Positions 10,092 to 20,449 of a stretch of 64,000 bases of DNA are shown here, piece after piece. How positions within the stretch are numbered: position 1 is the first letter of the stretch; each line of letters begins with the position of its first letter. The position numbers and the translations under genes were made by a program. The DNA comes from Planctomycetota bacterium. Lineage in GTDB: Bacteria; Planctomycetota; UBA8108; UBA1146; JAJFFE01. The DNA lies in NCBI GenBank assembly GCA_039028735.1, contig JBCCHQ010000011.1, positions 7,127-71,126 on the forward strand, given 5' to 3'. The notes below the pieces were generated by a model. That model was not told where the DNA came from and ran no database searches. It saw only the letters and a program-made list of their open reading frames with translations.

Positions 10092-10708
10092 GCCGATCCT
10101 TTCTGGTCGGGCAGCCGGTACGGGGGGACGACCCACACCGGGAGCTCTCCTGCAATCCTCCGCCAGCTTCCGCGAGGGGCCATGCCACCACTACGACAGG
10201 CCGCGAGCCCACGAAAGCTAGGACCGCGGGATAGACCGTGAGGGATACCCGCAGCTGCCGGATCTTAACTCAGTCCCGAGCCCGAACAACAACTTCTTCT
10301 CTCCCTCCTGGAGCCCTCGAAGCAGGGTCAGTCGGGCCCTAGGGTTCTGTCGATACCGAAGCGGCGGAGCCACCCTCCGCCCTGTTGAATCTTGAGTTGA
10401 GCGAGGTGACTATTGGTATTCTGGATTCGAAGCAACACGGACTCATGCGTTGTAGAAGCCAGAGCTTTGACTTGAAGCTTCCGAACTGTCAGTGATGTCT
10501 CCTCCCGCGGCTTGGGCCTTGGTTCAAGACTAGAGGCAGTGCTGCTTGCGGTCTGACGACTGGCCCGCGTCACGCGATCTTCGTAGTCAGCCGCGCGGCG
10601 GAGGCTGCGCGTTCTGATCGTCGAGCAGGACGAACGTCCGGTATCTTCAGGTTTGGCCGGACTTCTTGCCGGAATCGCCTTCAATAGAGTCGTGTCAGTG
10701 GAGCTCCG

Positions 10709-11599
10709 ATGGACCCGAATTCATGGCGGAAACAGGCTGCTGCTCGGTTGACCTCTTCGCTACGCAACACTCCTCAGATTGGGGCTGTGATTCTCGGCGG
10801 GTCCGTTGCCCGAGGATGGGCTGACTCGTATTCGGACCTCGAGCTTGGGGTGTTTTGGACACAGCCACCGAAGGACGAGGTCCGACTTCGCCTTCTGTCG
10901 GAGACTCGCCCCGAGCGCATTGGTGGATTCCGAGCGTTCGACCCTTCACCTCGCGCGGCAACTGGGACCGAAGACAACCTACTGGTTCACGGATTCCAGG
11001 TGGATCTATGCCATCATCTCATCGATCGGGTCGACGATTGGATCACGAACGTCGTTAGCGAGGCCGATACGAGCCTCGAAAAGCAAACCTTGGTTTCCAC
11101 GATCCAGCACGCGCAGCCGCTGCACAACGAGACCTGGCTGACGGAACGGCAGGCGCAGGTGGCTGACTATCCAGACCAGCTCGCCAAGGAAACACTTCGA
11201 CAGAACTACCCGTTCTTCTTTCAGAAACACATGGAGTACTTCATAGCGCGAGATGAGGTAACCCTCTTCTACAACTATCTCACAGGACTTCAAAAGCGGA
11301 TCTTCACCACCATCGTTGCGCTAAACAGACGGTACTTTGCCGGCTTCAAGCGAATGGCCCGGCAGGTGGAGTCGATGGAGCGGACACCTTCAGAAATGAT
11401 CGAGCGGTTTGAGCGCTGCTACGGGAACTCGATTGCGGACGCTTGGACATCGACTGAGGCGCTTGTCAGTGAAGTTGTCGAGTTGGCGACTGCCGTACAC
11501 CCCGACGTCGACTCTAAGCGTCCTCGAGAGCAGGCCTACAGACGCAAAGGCTGGGACACTCCCCCGCAAGGGTTTGGCGACTTGCGAGATCAGACCTAA
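10709..11599 (+). CDS. Pol-beta-like nucleotidyltransferase domain protein with helical C-terminus (DUF4037-like)
   Basis: GGSVARGWADSYSDLEL (GS...DxE) motif; GGAG RBS. Confidence 0.8.
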   Translation: MDPNSWRKQAAARLTSSLRNTPQIGAVILGGSVARGWADSYSDLELGVFWTQPPKDEVRLRLLSETRPERIGGFRAFDPSPRAATGTEDNLLVHGFQVDLCHHLIDRVDDWITNVVSEADTSLEKQTLVSTIQHAQPLHNETWLTERQAQVADYPDQLAKETLRQNYPFFFQKHMEYFIARDEVTLFYNYLTGLQKRIFTTIVALNRRYFAGFKRMARQVESMERTPSEMIERFERCYGNSIADAWTSTEALVSEVVELATAVHPDVDSKRPREQAYRRKGWDTPPQGFGDLRDQT

Positions 11600-11710
11600 G
11601 TCCACAATGCCCGCGCTGCGCCTTCGGGACTCAAGTTAGGCCAATGCGTCGGGTGGAATGCGGGTGTCCGGGAGGGTGACGCAAGCTGGCTTTCCAGGTC
11701 GGAGGAACTC

Positions 11711-12673
11711 GTGGTTGATCCGCTCGAACACAGAACCAAAGCCGAGTTCGGTGATCGATTCGAGGGTGCGCTCTTGGGACTTGCCCTCGGCGATGCACTC
11801 GGTGCACCGCATGAGGGAGGCCCATTCGAGCGATTGCTGTGGCGCTTCGTCGGGAGGACACGTGACGGACTTCGACGGTGGACCGACGACACGCAGATGA
11901 CGTTAGACATCGTCGACAGTCTCGTCGAGTGCAAGGCTGTCGAGCTCGATGACCTGGCCGCTCGCGTCGCGAAAAGCTACCGGTGGAGCCGAGGCTACGG
12001 TCCCGGAGCGACCAAAGTCTTGAAGCGGATTCGACGCGGGCAAGACTGGAGAGTTGCGCGTGTTGCAGTCTACACCGACGGCTCGCATGGAAACGGCGCT
12101 GCGATGCGTTCGCCGGCGGTCGGACTCTACTTCCATTGGGACATCGATCGTCTCTGGACGCAGGCGGGTGAAGTTGCCGCAATCACCCACGCACACCACC
12201 TCGCAGTCGAGGGTGCGCAGTTGATTGCAGTCACGACTGCGCTGTCCCTTTTCGACGAACCTGACCTCTCGCTAGTTCAGGTTTTGCGGTCGAAGGCCAC
12301 CGCAGCTGAGTTCATAGATCGACTCGAAATCCTCGAGTCCTGGATTCGAAAGAACGAATTCCCTGTTCCACGTCAAGTCGGGCGCGAGTTCGGTCGCGGG
12401 ATGGCCGCCACCGAGTCGGTCGTGACGGCCATCTCAGTCGCACTGCTCCATCGCGAGCGTGCGTTCGAAGGACTGGTCAACGACTCCATCGCGATTGGCG
12501 GCGACGTTGACACGATCGCGGCCATGGCTGGAGCGATCTGGGGCGCGTGCAACGGCGCTTCTGCGCTCCCCCAAGAGAGGCTCACTGAGGTCGAGGGGCT
12601 CGAGCGGTTGCGCGCACGGTCGAAGTTGTTGCTAGCGGCCTCGCACGACGCTAGCCGCGGCAGGAGTGCCTAG
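11711..12673 (+). CDS. ADP-ribosylglycohydrolase (DraG/ARH family)
   Basis: GLALGDALG, WTDDTQMT, GNGAAMR, ITHAH, GGDVDTIAAMAGAIWGA. Confidence 0.92.
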   Translation: MVDPLEHRTKAEFGDRFEGALLGLALGDALGAPHEGGPFERLLWRFVGRTRDGLRRWTDDTQMTLDIVDSLVECKAVELDDLAARVAKSYRWSRGYGPGATKVLKRIRRGQDWRVARVAVYTDGSHGNGAAMRSPAVGLYFHWDIDRLWTQAGEVAAITHAHHLAVEGAQLIAVTTALSLFDEPDLSLVQVLRSKATAAEFIDRLEILESWIRKNEFPVPRQVGREFGRGMAATESVVTAISVALLHRERAFEGLVNDSIAIGGDVDTIAAMAGAIWGACNGASALPQERLTEVEGLERLRARSKLLLAASHDASRGRSA

Positions 12674-12930
12674 GTCGGCATCAAGTCTGGCCCCACGATC
12701 TCGCCGGGATCGTGGTCGGGTGACCGTCGCTGGAAACGCACGAGAATGCTGGAGATAGGATTCAGTATTGAGGCATGTGAGTGGACAGGCAACACTATTG
12801 TCCCACTCGTGACGTTGCATCGAATGCCGGTGTTCGCGAGGGTGCGCGACACTAAAGTCGGGCATGTCGCAGTTCTTACCTGCGACATCGTAGGGCCATG
12901 ACACGAAGTCATTCCGTAGCGAGGGGAAAG

Positions 12931-14367
12931 ATGCTTAGAACGGTGGCGAGCTTGATCGTCTTCCTCTCACTCATTGGATGTGAAAGGCGATCGAAGTATC
13001 CCGAAGCCGCTGCGCCCGAACCCGTCGCGGCGAAGGCAGCCGATAGCAGCACCGAGTCCCAACAAGGTACGACGGCCAAACATGGGCCGGTCCCTGCGGG
13101 CTCCCTCGTCGAGGACGTCGTTTTCATCGAGTTCGCGGTCTACTTGCTTGAAGACCTCGAGAAGGACCTGAAGGCGGAGGCAGAGGCTGCGGCCAGAGAG
13201 CACGCGGGCGCGCTCAAAGTGACAACGTTTCAGAATGAAGACCCGGAGCTGCCGGCGCTAGTCTTTCACGAACCAGAGATCTCGGAGTACCGCCCGCCGG
13301 ACGCCGAGAGCATTCGCTTTTCGTCACGGGGCCTGAGCGAAGAGGAGAGCAAGAAGGCTCCAAACGCAAAACAAGTGCTCGTGCTGACAGCGATGACCAC
13401 TGCCCCCCAGGCCGATTCCGTTCATAGGCAGATGCTGACGCTGACGGATCACCTGGCACGCAAGCTTAGCGGCCTCGCTTGGGATGAGGCGACCCGACAA
13501 GTGTTCTCGCACCAAGCTTGGAACGACGAACGACTGACCTGGAAGTCCGGCCCACCGCAGCTCAGCGAACACATCACGATGCACGCCTATCGTAGCGGCC
13601 CGTTGATCCGAATCGTGACCCTCGGAATGAGCAAGTTTGGGTTGCCCGAAGTCGTCGTCAACGATGTTCCGTCTGGATCCACCCGTGGCATCGGCAACCT
13701 CATCAATCTGGTGTGCCAGACCATATATGAACGCCCGAGGCTCGAGACTTCTGGAGTACTCGAGGTCAGCATCGACCGAGTCGATAACCCGAAGACACGG
13801 GACGTTCAACAAACAAACATCCTCGACAACGCCAAGCGCAGCGCCGTACTCATCGTCGAGTACACCGCGCCTGAGGAAGGTGACGCTGAGAACCGCCTGA
13901 TCGAAATCGTGTTTGGCAATGCCGAGGGAGGAGAGTCGCCGCAAGTAGCGCAAGATCGAACCCTCAGTGAACTCTACGGCAGCAGCGACGAGATCTCGAT
14001 GGTTTCTCACGACGACGAACTCCAGGCCGCTAGCGAACGTGCACGGACCGAAGTGCTCAAACTCAAACCGACCTTCGCCGACGGGCCCGACCTGAACGAA
14101 GAGCTTCTGGTAAAGGCACCGTTTGAGACCGAGTCCGGCGGAACCGAGTGGATGTGGGTCGAGGTCGTTACGTGGAAGGACAAACAGATTCTGGGAATCC
14201 TAACCAACGATCCGTTTGAGATTCCCGATCTGCATGCCGGTGCTAGAGTCGAAGTTGATGAGGAGTTGCTGTTCGACTACATCCATCGCCGACCGGACGG
14301 CACGCAGGTCGGGAACGAGACCGGCGAGATTGTCCGCCGTAAGAGAACGAGTTCACGCAAGAAATAG
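12931..14367 (+). CDS. DUF2314 (YegJ-like) domain lipoprotein; alternative start 12898
   Basis: Lipobox LIGC; TLGMSKFGLPE; C-terminal VKAPF...EWMWVEV...GILTNDP...GNET. Confidence 0.8.
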   Translation: MLRTVASLIVFLSLIGCERRSKYPEAAAPEPVAAKAADSSTESQQGTTAKHGPVPAGSLVEDVVFIEFAVYLLEDLEKDLKAEAEAAAREHAGALKVTTFQNEDPELPALVFHEPEISEYRPPDAESIRFSSRGLSEEESKKAPNAKQVLVLTAMTTAPQADSVHRQMLTLTDHLARKLSGLAWDEATRQVFSHQAWNDERLTWKSGPPQLSEHITMHAYRSGPLIRIVTLGMSKFGLPEVVVNDVPSGSTRGIGNLINLVCQTIYERPRLETSGVLEVSIDRVDNPKTRDVQQTNILDNAKRSAVLIVEYTAPEEGDAENRLIEIVFGNAEGGESPQVAQDRTLSELYGSSDEISMVSHDDELQAASERARTEVLKLKPTFADGPDLNEELLVKAPFETESGGTEWMWVEVVTWKDKQILGILTNDPFEIPDLHAGARVEVDEELLFDYIHRRPDGTQVGNETGEIVRRKRTSSRKK

Positions 14368-14471
14368 CTGGAGAAGCGACGCTCCTAAGTTGGAATTCCT
14401 GTCACCAGAGGCGATCTCACCGGGATCCTGATCGCCGTGAGTCGCCTGACGCCCGGTGCTTTGGAACGAAG

Positions 14472-15089
14472 TCACTCGCCTGACCTTTCGTCGGCCTTCA
14501 GCCGCTGCACTTCCGCCTCGAGCTCGCGAATTCTGCGCTGGTAGTCTTCCAGCATCGGTGCGAGCTGTTCGTCGGTGTAGCGCGGCACGATGTGCTGTGG
14601 GCAGTTCACGTCCCAGGCCGTGATTCGAAAGAGGAGCACCCTTTCGACGCGCGCTCGATACGTCTCGTCTTGAACTTGCGCAACCAACGACGCGTCATCT
14701 TCCGAGTACTCTAGAGTCCCCCAGATCTTGATCCGCTTTCGGTTCGCGTAGTCCATCAAGAACATCATTGCTCTCGGGTTCTCGTCCACGTTTCCAATTG
14801 ATATGTACTGTGCGTTGCCGCTGAAGTCCGCGAGAGCAAGCGTCTTCTCATCGAGCACCGTCACAAAGCCCCGAGCGCCGCCACGGTGCTGGATGTACGG
14901 TTGGCCGTCCGCACTCGCCGTAGCGAGGTAGAGCGAGTCACGGTCGGCGATGAACTCTCGCAGTGCATCCGTGACGCGATCGTGCCACGCCCCGTTGGCT
15001 TCTTGCCGCTGGTAGATTCCACGTGAACCGCGTTGCTCTTGCGCGGCTTTGACGCTGTCGGTGAATGCTACGTCACTGGTCGGCTTCAT
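14472..15089 (-). CDS. Pyridoxamine 5'-phosphate oxidase-related FMN-binding protein
   Basis: YLATASADGQPYIQHRGG, ADFSGNAQYISIGN, AWDVNCPQHI; AAGGGAG RBS. Confidence 0.9.
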   Translation of the reverse strand: MKPTSDVAFTDSVKAAQEQRGSRGIYQRQEANGAWHDRVTDALREFIADRDSLYLATASADGQPYIQHRGGARGFVTVLDEKTLALADFSGNAQYISIGNVDENPRAMMFLMDYANRKRIKIWGTLEYSEDDASLVAQVQDETYRARVERVLLFRITAWDVNCPQHIVPRYTDEQLAPMLEDYQRRIRELEAEVQRLKADERSGE

Positions 15090-15174
15090 TGGCCGACTCC
15101 CTTTCTTGGGAACGAACGAGTGGACCTGCAAAGCCCCAACTCGCTCGCTCCCCTTTGAGTGGTCGATGCGCAAC

Positions 15175-16182
15175 TCAGCGCGCCGCGGCCGCGTGTTTGT
15201 CGAGGAACTCCAGCATGAGCCTCGCGATGGTGTCACCTTCCTCTTCGAGCGCGAAGTGACCGGTGTCGAGAAGGTGAAGCTCTGCGCCTGGGAGGTCCCT
15301 CAAGTACGGAGTGGCGCCCTCAGCCGGGAAGATATGGTCGTTCTTCCCCCACGTAATCAGCGTTGGTGGCTGCCGGTCGCGAAGATACTGCTGCCACTTC
15401 GCATACTTGGGTGGGTTGCTGCCGTAGTCGTAGAAGAGCTGCAGCTGAATCTCTTCGTTACCCGGACGATCGAGGAGCGGTTGATCGATGTTCCAGTTGT
15501 CTGGGCTGACTCGGGTGACGTCCCGCACTCCATGCGTGTACTGCCACTTCGTCACGTCCGGTTTGAGGAAACCGCGGAGTGGCTCGGCGTTCTTGTCAGT
15601 GCGGTCTTTCCAGTACGCTTTCAGCGGTTCCCAGAACTCGCGAAGACCCTCGGCATAGGCGTTGCCATTTTGAATGATCAACGTCTCGACCTTGTCCGGA
15701 TTCCGGGTCGCCAGACGGAAACCCACTGGGGCCCCGTAGTCCATCAGATAGAGGCTGTAGCGCTCGAGCCCCAACTTCACGGTCAACTTCTCGACGACGT
15801 CAGCAAGACCGTCAAATGTGTAGTCGAACTGATCCACAGTTGGCATTGAACTGTTGCCGTAGCCGGGATAGTCCGGCGCGACCACGTGGTAGCGATCCGC
15901 GAGCTGCGGAATCAGATGCCGAAACATGTGCGACGATGTCGGGAAGCCGTGGAGCAGCAGGACGACAGGTGCGCCTTTCGGTCCAGCTTCGCGATAGAAG
16001 ACGTCTAGGCCATCCACCTCCACAGTCTTGTGCGCGACGGCTGCCTGCACAACGGACGGAACCTGCGTCGACTCAGAAGAGCCTTGGCTGTTGTCGCCTG
16101 CGAGCAGGACGGCTGCAGCAAGAAACAAGACAAGGCCAGACGCGGCAGCGAAGAGTTTCATTGTTTTCTTCCTTCGATTCAT
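15175..16182 (-). CDS. Alpha/beta-fold hydrolase (epoxide hydrolase/dehalogenase-like) with signal peptide
   Basis: [21 protein letters not shown] (Asp nucleophile), DTGHFALE. Confidence 0.9.
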   Translation of the reverse strand: MNRRKKTMKLFAAASGLVLFLAAAVLLAGDNSQGSSESTQVPSVVQAAVAHKTVEVDGLDVFYREAGPKGAPVVLLLHGFPTSSHMFRHLIPQLADRYHVVAPDYPGYGNSSMPTVDQFDYTFDGLADVVEKLTVKLGLERYSLYLMDYGAPVGFRLATRNPDKVETLIIQNGNAYAEGLREFWEPLKAYWKDRTDKNAEPLRGFLKPDVTKWQYTHGVRDVTRVSPDNWNIDQPLLDRPGNEEIQLQLFYDYGSNPPKYAKWQQYLRDRQPPTLITWGKNDHIFPAEGATPYLRDLPGAELHLLDTGHFALEEEGDTIARLMLEFLDKHAAAAR

Positions 16183-16215
16183 TGGTCAGTTTGGACAGAT
16201 TCAGGTCTGCTTGGT

Positions 16216-16947
16216 TTACCGCTGCATGGCGCCGTGTGTCGCACTGTCGAGTGCTGCCACGTCAGCTGCATCTTCGGTAGCTGCGTACATACGTCGCGCG
16301 GCTTCCTCGGTGGTAAGAACTTCGCTCGCAAGCATCCGGAAGTTCGTCGTCGCCGCCGCAAACCCATCCAGACCAGGAACCTCGGCCGCTGCGGTTGCGT
16401 CCGCAACGACGGCTGTCTGAAAGCCCTGTTCGAGAAGTTCGCGGAGATGGCTCTCGACGCAAAGGTTGGCCGACATGCCGGCGATCATGACTTTTGCGAT
16501 GCCGCGCTTTCGGAGCTGAAGCACGAGATCGTTCGTCTCTGGGCCAAAGACTTTGTGCGGACTGACGACGATCGTTTCGCCATCCTCGATGTACGGTTTG
16601 TACTGCTCGAGCCAGTCCGCTCCTGAGCCTTCGAAGCCCTCGGTCGTCAACGGACCCTTGCGGTCGAACATGTTGATGTCGTGCATCAGCTGCTCGAGAG
16701 CTCCCTCGAACTTCCATCCGTGATCGTGTGGGTAGTAGTAGTGCGGAGAAACGAAGACCGGGATGCCGACAGCCTTCGCGGTGCGGAACAGAGTCTCCAG
16801 ATTGTCGACGGTGCCATTCTCCGTGACACTCTCACCGACGACGCCCCACGTGACGCCTTGCGGGCTGAGAAAATCGTTTTGCGGATCGGTCACCAGCAGC
16901 GCGGTGGTCTTCGGGTCGATCGTAAAGCCAGGGTTCGGCAGAGACAT
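16216..16947 (-). CDS. Isochorismatase-family cysteine hydrolase
   Basis: LLVTDPQNDF, SPHK, AGMSANLCVESHLR, VADATA; GAAAGGAG RBS. Confidence 0.9.
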   Translation of the reverse strand: MSLPNPGFTIDPKTTALLVTDPQNDFLSPQGVTWGVVGESVTENGTVDNLETLFRTAKAVGIPVFVSPHYYYPHDHGWKFEGALEQLMHDINMFDRKGPLTTEGFEGSGADWLEQYKPYIEDGETIVVSPHKVFGPETNDLVLQLRKRGIAKVMIAGMSANLCVESHLRELLEQGFQTAVVADATAAAEVPGLDGFAAATTNFRMLASEVLTTEEAARRMYAATEDAADVAALDSATHGAMQR

Positions 16948-17003
16948 GTTGTCTCCTTTCAGGAAGAGGTTGGTTAGAAACGACACGACTGCCCTCCTCT
17001 TAG

Positions 17004-17017
17004 GCATCCACAGTGCC
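17004..17017 (-). promoter_or_regulatory. Sigma-54 (-24/-12) promoter of the hydrolase operon
   Basis: Minus strand GGCACTGTGGATGC = GG-N10-GC, close to TGGCAC-N5-TTGC; lies between the operon and a divergent sigma-54 activator. Confidence 0.7.
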
Positions 17018-17087
17018 CAAGCCAGACAAAGCGCCATAAGATCCTTAATAGACGATGCTTAAGAGAATTTGGCCGCCCCAAGGCGGG

Positions 17088-17142
17088 CAACGAAATCTCA
17101 TGAATCCAGAGATTTCACTACACATCCAATGAGATCTCGTTG
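17088..17142. promoter_or_regulatory. Candidate upstream activator sequence for the enhancer-binding protein
   Basis: GAAATCTC-N9-GAGATTTC perfect inverted repeat (17092-17116), plus CAACGAAATCTCA (17088) / TGAGATCTCGTTG (17130) with 1 mismatch. Confidence 0.6.
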
Positions 17143-18774
17143 TTCATCGGAGACATGAAGCAAGCCAACTCATCGCTCCCCGCCGCCAACTTTCATCGCC
17201 TATTGCTCGAGATGGCGGAGATGCGAACTACAAGCGAGCTCCTGTCGTTGGTCGTGAAACGATTTCGCGAGCTCGAGGACGTGGCGCTGGCCCGGATCTG
17301 GCTGCTGGATCGAGGAGACATCTGCGATCGGTGCTACCTGCAGACCGACTGCGTAAGTCGCACGCGCTGCTTGCACCTCGTCGCAAGCGCCGGCTCGCCG
17401 CTGGCAACCGATGAGGACTGGGATGGGATCGACGGACGGTTTCGTCGTTTTCCGATGGGCGTGCGCAAAGTCGGTCACATCGCCGCCAACGCAGAGCCGG
17501 TCGAGATCGTCGACATCGATGAAGGATCGCACTGGATCGCCGACCCAGCGTGGGCGATCCGTGAGCAAGTCCGTGGATTCGTCGGACAACCCCTCGTGCA
17601 TCGCGATGAAGTGATCGGTGTGATTGGGATCTTTCTGCGCGTGCCGCTTGTGGAGGACTCGCTGATGTGGCTCCGCATCATTGCGGATCACCTGGCGATC
17701 GCGATCGTAAACGCGCGAGCGCGTGAAGAGATCGAGCACCTGCAGGCGCAGCTCGCTCTCGAGAACCAATACCTCCGGGACGAAGTGCGTGCGGCGCAGC
17801 AACACGGAGACATCATCGGTTCGAGTGGAGCGTTGCTAAAGACGCTGCAGCAGGTCGAACTGGTAGCGCCAACCGACTCGAGCGTCCTCGTACTCGGCGA
17901 ATCAGGTGTCGGCAAGGAGTTGATCGCCCGCGCGATTCACGACCAGAGCTCACGGGAGGAGGGGCCGCTCATCTCCGTCAATTGCGCCTCCATCCCGGCG
18001 GAGCTGTTCGAGAGCGAGTTCTTTGGTCACTTGCAGGGGTCGTTCACCGGGGCTGTGCGAGACCGCGTTGGACGCTTCGAGCTCGCCGATGGGGGAACAC
18101 TGTTCCTTGACGAAGTTGGGGAGATCCCCATCGACCTGCAAGGGAAACTACTGCGCGTCCTGCAAGAGGGTTCGTTCGAACGCGTCGGGGATGAACACAC
18201 GCGCACGACCGACGTTCGTGTCGTCGCTGCCACAAACCGCAACCTCGAGGAAGAAGTCGAGGCCGGGAGATTCCGACAGGATCTGTTCTACCGACTGAGC
18301 GTCTTCCCGATAGAAGTGGCCCCCCTGCGGGAGCGGAAGGAGGACATCGCACCGTTGGCAGCACACTTCCTCGAGCATCACGCACGGAAACTGGGACTGC
18401 CACCGCCAAGACTAACAGAGCAACATGTGAAAGTTCTCAAGGGCTACGACTGGCCCGGCAACATCCGTGAGCTACAAAACGTCGTCGAGCGAGCTGTGAT
18501 CCGCGCGCGAGTCGCCCCGCTTTGCTTCAAGCTGCCTTTGGCTGCCGCCCCGTCGGCGCCCCGCCGCACTCAAGTCGCAGCAGATCCAGCTGCCCTTCTC
18601 ACGGATGCTCAGATGAAGCAAAGAGAACGCGACAATCTGGTTGCAGTGCTCGAGCATCTCGACTGGAAGATCTCAGGATCGGACGGTGCGGCCGAGTTCC
18701 TGGGGCTGCATCCGGCGACACTCACCTCTCGACTCAAAGCGCTAGGAATCCGGCGACCTGCGCGACCAAACTGA
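17140..18774 (+). CDS. Sigma-54 enhancer-binding protein (GAF-AAA+-HTH, FhlA-like); ATG 17155 also possible
   Basis: [40 protein letters not shown]-terminal HTH; N-terminal GAF. Confidence 0.93.
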   Translation: MFIGDMKQANSSLPAANFHRLLLEMAEMRTTSELLSLVVKRFRELEDVALARIWLLDRGDICDRCYLQTDCVSRTRCLHLVASAGSPLATDEDWDGIDGRFRRFPMGVRKVGHIAANAEPVEIVDIDEGSHWIADPAWAIREQVRGFVGQPLVHRDEVIGVIGIFLRVPLVEDSLMWLRIIADHLAIAIVNARAREEIEHLQAQLALENQYLRDEVRAAQQHGDIIGSSGALLKTLQQVELVAPTDSSVLVLGESGVGKELIARAIHDQSSREEGPLISVNCASIPAELFESEFFGHLQGSFTGAVRDRVGRFELADGGTLFLDEVGEIPIDLQGKLLRVLQEGSFERVGDEHTRTTDVRVVAATNRNLEEEVEAGRFRQDLFYRLSVFPIEVAPLRERKEDIAPLAAHFLEHHARKLGLPPPRLTEQHVKVLKGYDWPGNIRELQNVVERAVIRARVAPLCFKLPLAAAPSAPRRTQVAADPAALLTDAQMKQRERDNLVAVLEHLDWKISGSDGAAEFLGLHPATLTSRLKALGIRRPARPN

Positions 18775-18783
18775 ACATGAGGA

Positions 18784-19248
18784 GTGATGAACACCCGATT
18801 CGATGCCATCGACCGAGCCATCGCTTCGACGATGATGCGCTGGGGTCAACCCGCGTTGCGTTACTCGCTCGCGATCGTCTTCGTTTGGTTTGGACTCCTC
18901 AAACCACTCGGCCTCTCCCCCGCTGAGAACCTCGTTCGCGAGACCGTGTCGTGGATGCCACTCTTCACACCTGCGGTATGGGTGAAGATCATCGGTTGGT
19001 GGGAAGTCGCGATCGGCTTGTTGTTTCTGTGGAACTACACTACGCGGATCGCGATCGCGCTGCTCGCTGGTCAGATGATCGGCACGTTCTTACCTTTGAT
19101 TGTGCTGCCGGAAGTGGCTTTTCAATCCGATGGATTCCCCTTCGCGTTGACGATGGAGGGGCAGTACATCGTAAAGAACCTGTTGATTATCTCCGCCGCC
19201 CTCGTGATCGGCGGACGAGTACGGGAAACAGCGGCCAGCAAGCCCTAG
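18784..19248 (+). CDS. DoxX/YkgB(RclC)-like membrane protein
   Basis: LRYSLAIVFVWFGLLK, IGWWEVAIG, TMEGQYIVKNL. Confidence 0.8.
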   Translation: MMNTRFDAIDRAIASTMMRWGQPALRYSLAIVFVWFGLLKPLGLSPAENLVRETVSWMPLFTPAVWVKIIGWWEVAIGLLFLWNYTTRIAIALLAGQMIGTFLPLIVLPEVAFQSDGFPFALTMEGQYIVKNLLIISAALVIGGRVRETAASKP

Positions 19249-19360
19249 TACATACGGCGCTTGCCGACCGACTGTCGTTGGGGTTGAAAATCGGGTGCCC
19301 AATCATCAAACACCGCTGTTCGTACTCTTGATGGTCCCAACACGAAACTTCAACTGCCCA

Positions 19361-20392
19361 CTAGGACATCTCCTCCAAGGCGGCGAACGGATCGACTCCG
19401 CGCTCGCGAGGCGGAAGGATATGCGGGTACTCCGGCTTCAGCCTGCTGACTTCGTCTAGGCGCGACAGATCGTCGGCAGACAGCTGCAGATCGACGGCAG
19501 CGAGATTGTCTACCAGTTGCTCGTGCTTGCGCGCACCAACAATGATGCTGGTCACACCTTCCTGGTGCAGTAGCCACGCCAGCGCCACGCGCGCCGTGGA
19601 CGTGTCGTGGGCGCTACCGACCTCGCGCAAGACCTCGACGATCCGGTCTCCCTGTTCGAGATCGATCGGCGGGTAGTTGAACGCGGCGCGGCGTCCTTCG
19701 GACGCGCCCTCGCCAGTGTACTTGCCCGAGAGGAAACCACCGGCTAGCGGGCTCCACACCATCACGCCCAAGCCCAGGTCGCGGACAGCGGGCAGGATCT
19801 CGCGCTCGAGCTCACGCCCGGCCAGTGAGTAGTATGCCTGCACGGAACAAAAGCGCTCGGTGCCTAGGTGGCGCGCGAGGCCGTCGGCCTTGGCGATCTG
19901 CCACGCGGCATAATTGGACAAGCCAATGTAGCGCACCTTGCCCTGGCGTACACAGTCGTCGAGCGCGCGCAGCGTTTCCTCGAGCGGGGTCGTCGGGTCG
20001 ATACAGTGCACCTGGTACAGATCGATGTAGTCGGTGCCCAGACGCTCGAGGCTCCTGTCGACCTCACGCATGATCGACAGACGACTGGTGCCAAGTGCGT
20101 TGATCTCGGTGCGGTTGGTGAAGTAGACCTTGGTCGCGATCACGGCGTCTTCACGTTTGCCGGCCAACGCCTTGCCGAGCATTCGCTCGGACGATCCCTC
20201 GCCGTACATGTTGGCGGTGTCGAAGAAGTTCACACCCGCGTCGAGGGCGGTGCCAATCATGCGGTCGGCGTCGGACTGCGACATTCCGCCGACGATCTGC
20301 GCGAATGCCGACCCTTCGTCGTTGAAGGTCATCGCGCCGAAACAGATACGGGACACGTAGAGGCCAGTGTTTCCGAGGGGCAGGTACTGCAT
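19361..20392 (-). CDS. Aldo/keto reductase
   Basis: GVNFFDTANMY, IATK, LERLGTDYIDLYQVH, GKVRYIGLSN, WSPLAGG; AAGGAG RBS. Confidence 0.95.
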   Translation of the reverse strand: MQYLPLGNTGLYVSRICFGAMTFNDEGSAFAQIVGGMSQSDADRMIGTALDAGVNFFDTANMYGEGSSERMLGKALAGKREDAVIATKVYFTNRTEINALGTSRLSIMREVDRSLERLGTDYIDLYQVHCIDPTTPLEETLRALDDCVRQGKVRYIGLSNYAAWQIAKADGLARHLGTERFCSVQAYYSLAGRELEREILPAVRDLGLGVMVWSPLAGGFLSGKYTGEGASEGRRAAFNYPPIDLEQGDRIVEVLREVGSAHDTSTARVALAWLLHQEGVTSIIVGARKHEQLVDNLAAVDLQLSADDLSRLDEVSRLKPEYPHILPPRERGVDPFAALEEMS

Positions 20393-20449
20393 TAGCCAAC
20401 TCCTTGACTGGAAGGCGGTTACGCCAGTTGATAAAACGGGGTCCATAGG

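Noticed and set aside
10328-10684. 118-aa minus-strand ORF in the track
   Set aside because: No RBS or recognisable motif, and a low-complexity Ser/Arg N-terminus; at best a fragment.
11594-11641. attC-like site (ACCTAAG...GTTAGGC) between the NTase and ARH genes
   Set aside because: Only 48 bp, the left core lacks AAC, no L boxes, no similar sites at neighbouring genes and no integrase.
15049-15849. Long antisense or overlapping ORFs (also 19868-20395, 26486-27604, 27643-28653, 43090-44148, 54481-55695)
   Set aside because: Shadow frames of well-supported genes in GC-rich DNA, with no motifs.
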